Positions 31,914-32,865 of a DNA stretch of 32,865 bases are shown here, one piece after another (the first letter of the stretch is position 1; every line of letters begins with the position of its first letter). Under the pieces are notes generated by a model. That model made no database searches, had not been told where the DNA came from, and was given only the letters and a program-made list of their open reading frames with translations. The stretch comes from Acidimicrobiales bacterium (lineage in GTDB: Bacteria; Actinomycetota; Acidimicrobiia; Acidimicrobiales; CADCSY01), in contig DASXLH010000269.1 of the NCBI GenBank assembly GCA_036496335.1, forward strand, positions 1 to 32,865, in the 5' to 3' direction. A program made the position numbers and the translations under genes.

Positions 31914-32865
31914 ATGCCGGCACGCGCCAAGGTCGCCACCCCGGAGGAACGGCTCGCCTCCTACGCCGCCAAGCGAGACTTCGCCGTCACCTCCGAGCCC
32001 TCGGGCCGCGGCGGGGCACCGCCTGCCGCCGCCGGAGCAAGGTTCGTGGTGCAGCGGCACCGGGCCACCCGCCTCCACTACGACCTCCGGTTGGAGATGG
32101 CCGGAGTGCTGGTGAGCTGGGCCGTGCCGAAGGGACCGACCCTCGATCCGGCGGTCAAGCGGATGGCGGTGCACGTCGAGGACCACCCGCTCGACTACTT
32201 CGACTTCGAAGGGACGATCCCCCGGGGGGAGTACGGCGGGGGCGACGTCGTGGTCTGGGACTGGGGCACCTGGGAGGCGGCCGACACCGACGATCCGGTG
32301 GCCGCCGTCGAAGCGGGCTCCCTGCACTTCGACCTTCACGGCGAGAAGCTCCGGGGCCGCTTCGTCCTGGTCCGGCGGGGCGGACGGGACGGCGCCGACC
32401 AGTGGCTCCTGTTGCACAAGCACGACGAGGACGCCGTCGACGGCTGGGACCCGGAGGAGCACCCCGCCTCGGTCAAGACCGGCCGGACCAACGACGAGGT
32501 GGCGGCCGGGCCGGCCGACACCTGGACCGCCGATCGTGCGACGCGGGCGCCGTGGGCGCCGCGGACGGGCTCGTTCCGTGCCGTCACCGATGACGAGCTG
32601 GGTGCCCTCCAAGCCCTCCCGGGCGAGGGCGTCTGGTCGATCGGCGGGATCGAGGTCAAGCTCACCAACCTCGACAAGGTCCTCTTCCCCGGGCGGGACG
32701 GCGAGGCGCCGCTCACCAAGCGGGACCTCGTCCGCCACCACGCCCGGATCGCCCCGGCCATGCTCCCGTACCTGGCCGACCGCCCTGTCAACCCCCATCG
32801 CTTCCCGAACGGGGTCGACAAGGCCGGCTTCTGGCACAAAGCCGTGCCCTCCCATGCGCCCGAGT
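31914..32865 (+). CDS. ligD: DNA ligase D (NHEJ), 5' part: 3'-phosphoesterase domain followed by the polymerase/primase domain (partial; runs off the window)
   Basis: ATG 31914 follows GGCTGGAGG, and the frame is open to the window end; it is not in the track because no stop is present. The PE domain is FVVQRHRATRLHYDLRLE...SWAVPKGP...HVEDHPLDY...GGGDVVVWD. The start of the Pol domain is VKLTNLDKVLFP...TKRDLVRHHARIAPAMLPYLADRPVNPHRFPNGV...FWHK. Confidence 0.85.
   Translation, partial: MPARAKVATPEERLASYAAKRDFAVTSEPSGRGGAPPAAAGARFVVQRHRATRLHYDLRLEMAGVLVSWAVPKGPTLDPAVKRMAVHVEDHPLDYFDFEGTIPRGEYGGGDVVVWDWGTWEAADTDDPVAAVEAGSLHFDLHGEKLRGRFVLVRRGGRDGADQWLLLHKHDEDAVDGWDPEEHPASVKTGRTNDEVAAGPADTWTADRATRAPWAPRTGSFRAVTDDELGALQALPGEGVWSIGGIEVKLTNLDKVLFPGRDGEAPLTKRDLVRHHARIAPAMLPYLADRPVNPHRFPNGVDKAGFWHKAVPSHAPE

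Noticed and set aside
30089-32855. 538-aa and 469-aa - strand ORFs
   Set aside because: They are antisense shadows of the amidohydrolase, GerW-family and ligD genes and have no motifs.
1-32865. Mobile element, prophage, genomic island or defence system
   Set aside because: No integrase, transposase, recombinase, phage structural, restriction-modification, Cas, toxin-antitoxin or nucleotide-signalling genes are recognisable in any frame. The composition is uniform apart from the bkd/lrp promoter region.

Overview
The window is a very GC-rich chromosomal segment (about 70% by eye, codon third positions almost all G/C). Gene content and a GAAC-N4-GTTC SOS box point to Actinomycetota. It is almost entirely core and lipid metabolism. 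I see no transposase, integrase, phage, CRISPR-Cas, toxin-antitoxin or obvious defence genes, and no tRNA or rRNA.

The centrepiece is a long minus-strand operon (12.1-21.5 kb) that fuses the branched-chain 2-oxoacid dehydrogenase complex to leucine/isovaleryl-CoA catabolism. Its parts are E1alpha, E1beta, E2 and Lpd, then the carboxyltransferase beta subunit, an acyl-CoA dehydrogenase, a MaoC hydratase and a CitE-like lyase. An Lrp/AsnC regulator is transcribed divergently from it.

A second CoA-ester cluster lies at 22.1-29.5 kb. It holds two SDRs, two crotonases, a DUF35 OB-fold protein, an ADP-forming acyl-CoA synthetase and a YhdH/AcuI-type acrylyl-CoA reductase.

Other genes:
- an LLM oxidoreductase
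- an SCP-x-type thiolase plus an AMP-forming acyl-CoA ligase
- a 703-aa tannase-like hydrolase with a PKD-like tail
- a TetR/SRPBCC/SnoaL module
- an amidase plus a DUF2461 protein
- an SOS-boxed dinB
- a VOC plus amidohydrolase pair
- a GerW-family protein
- the 5' part of ligD

I found no convincing new multi-gene system. The least explained signals are non-coding. One is a MIRU-like tandem repeat inserted exactly into the E1beta-stop/E2-start overlap, which creates a chain of overlapping mini-ORFs. The other is a family of gene-co-oriented hairpin repeats with conserved arms (CCGAACYGGGTGC ... CACCCAGAACG), including a 3x tandem array.

Many long ORFs in the track are antisense or out-of-frame shadows typical of high-GC DNA, and I rejected them.
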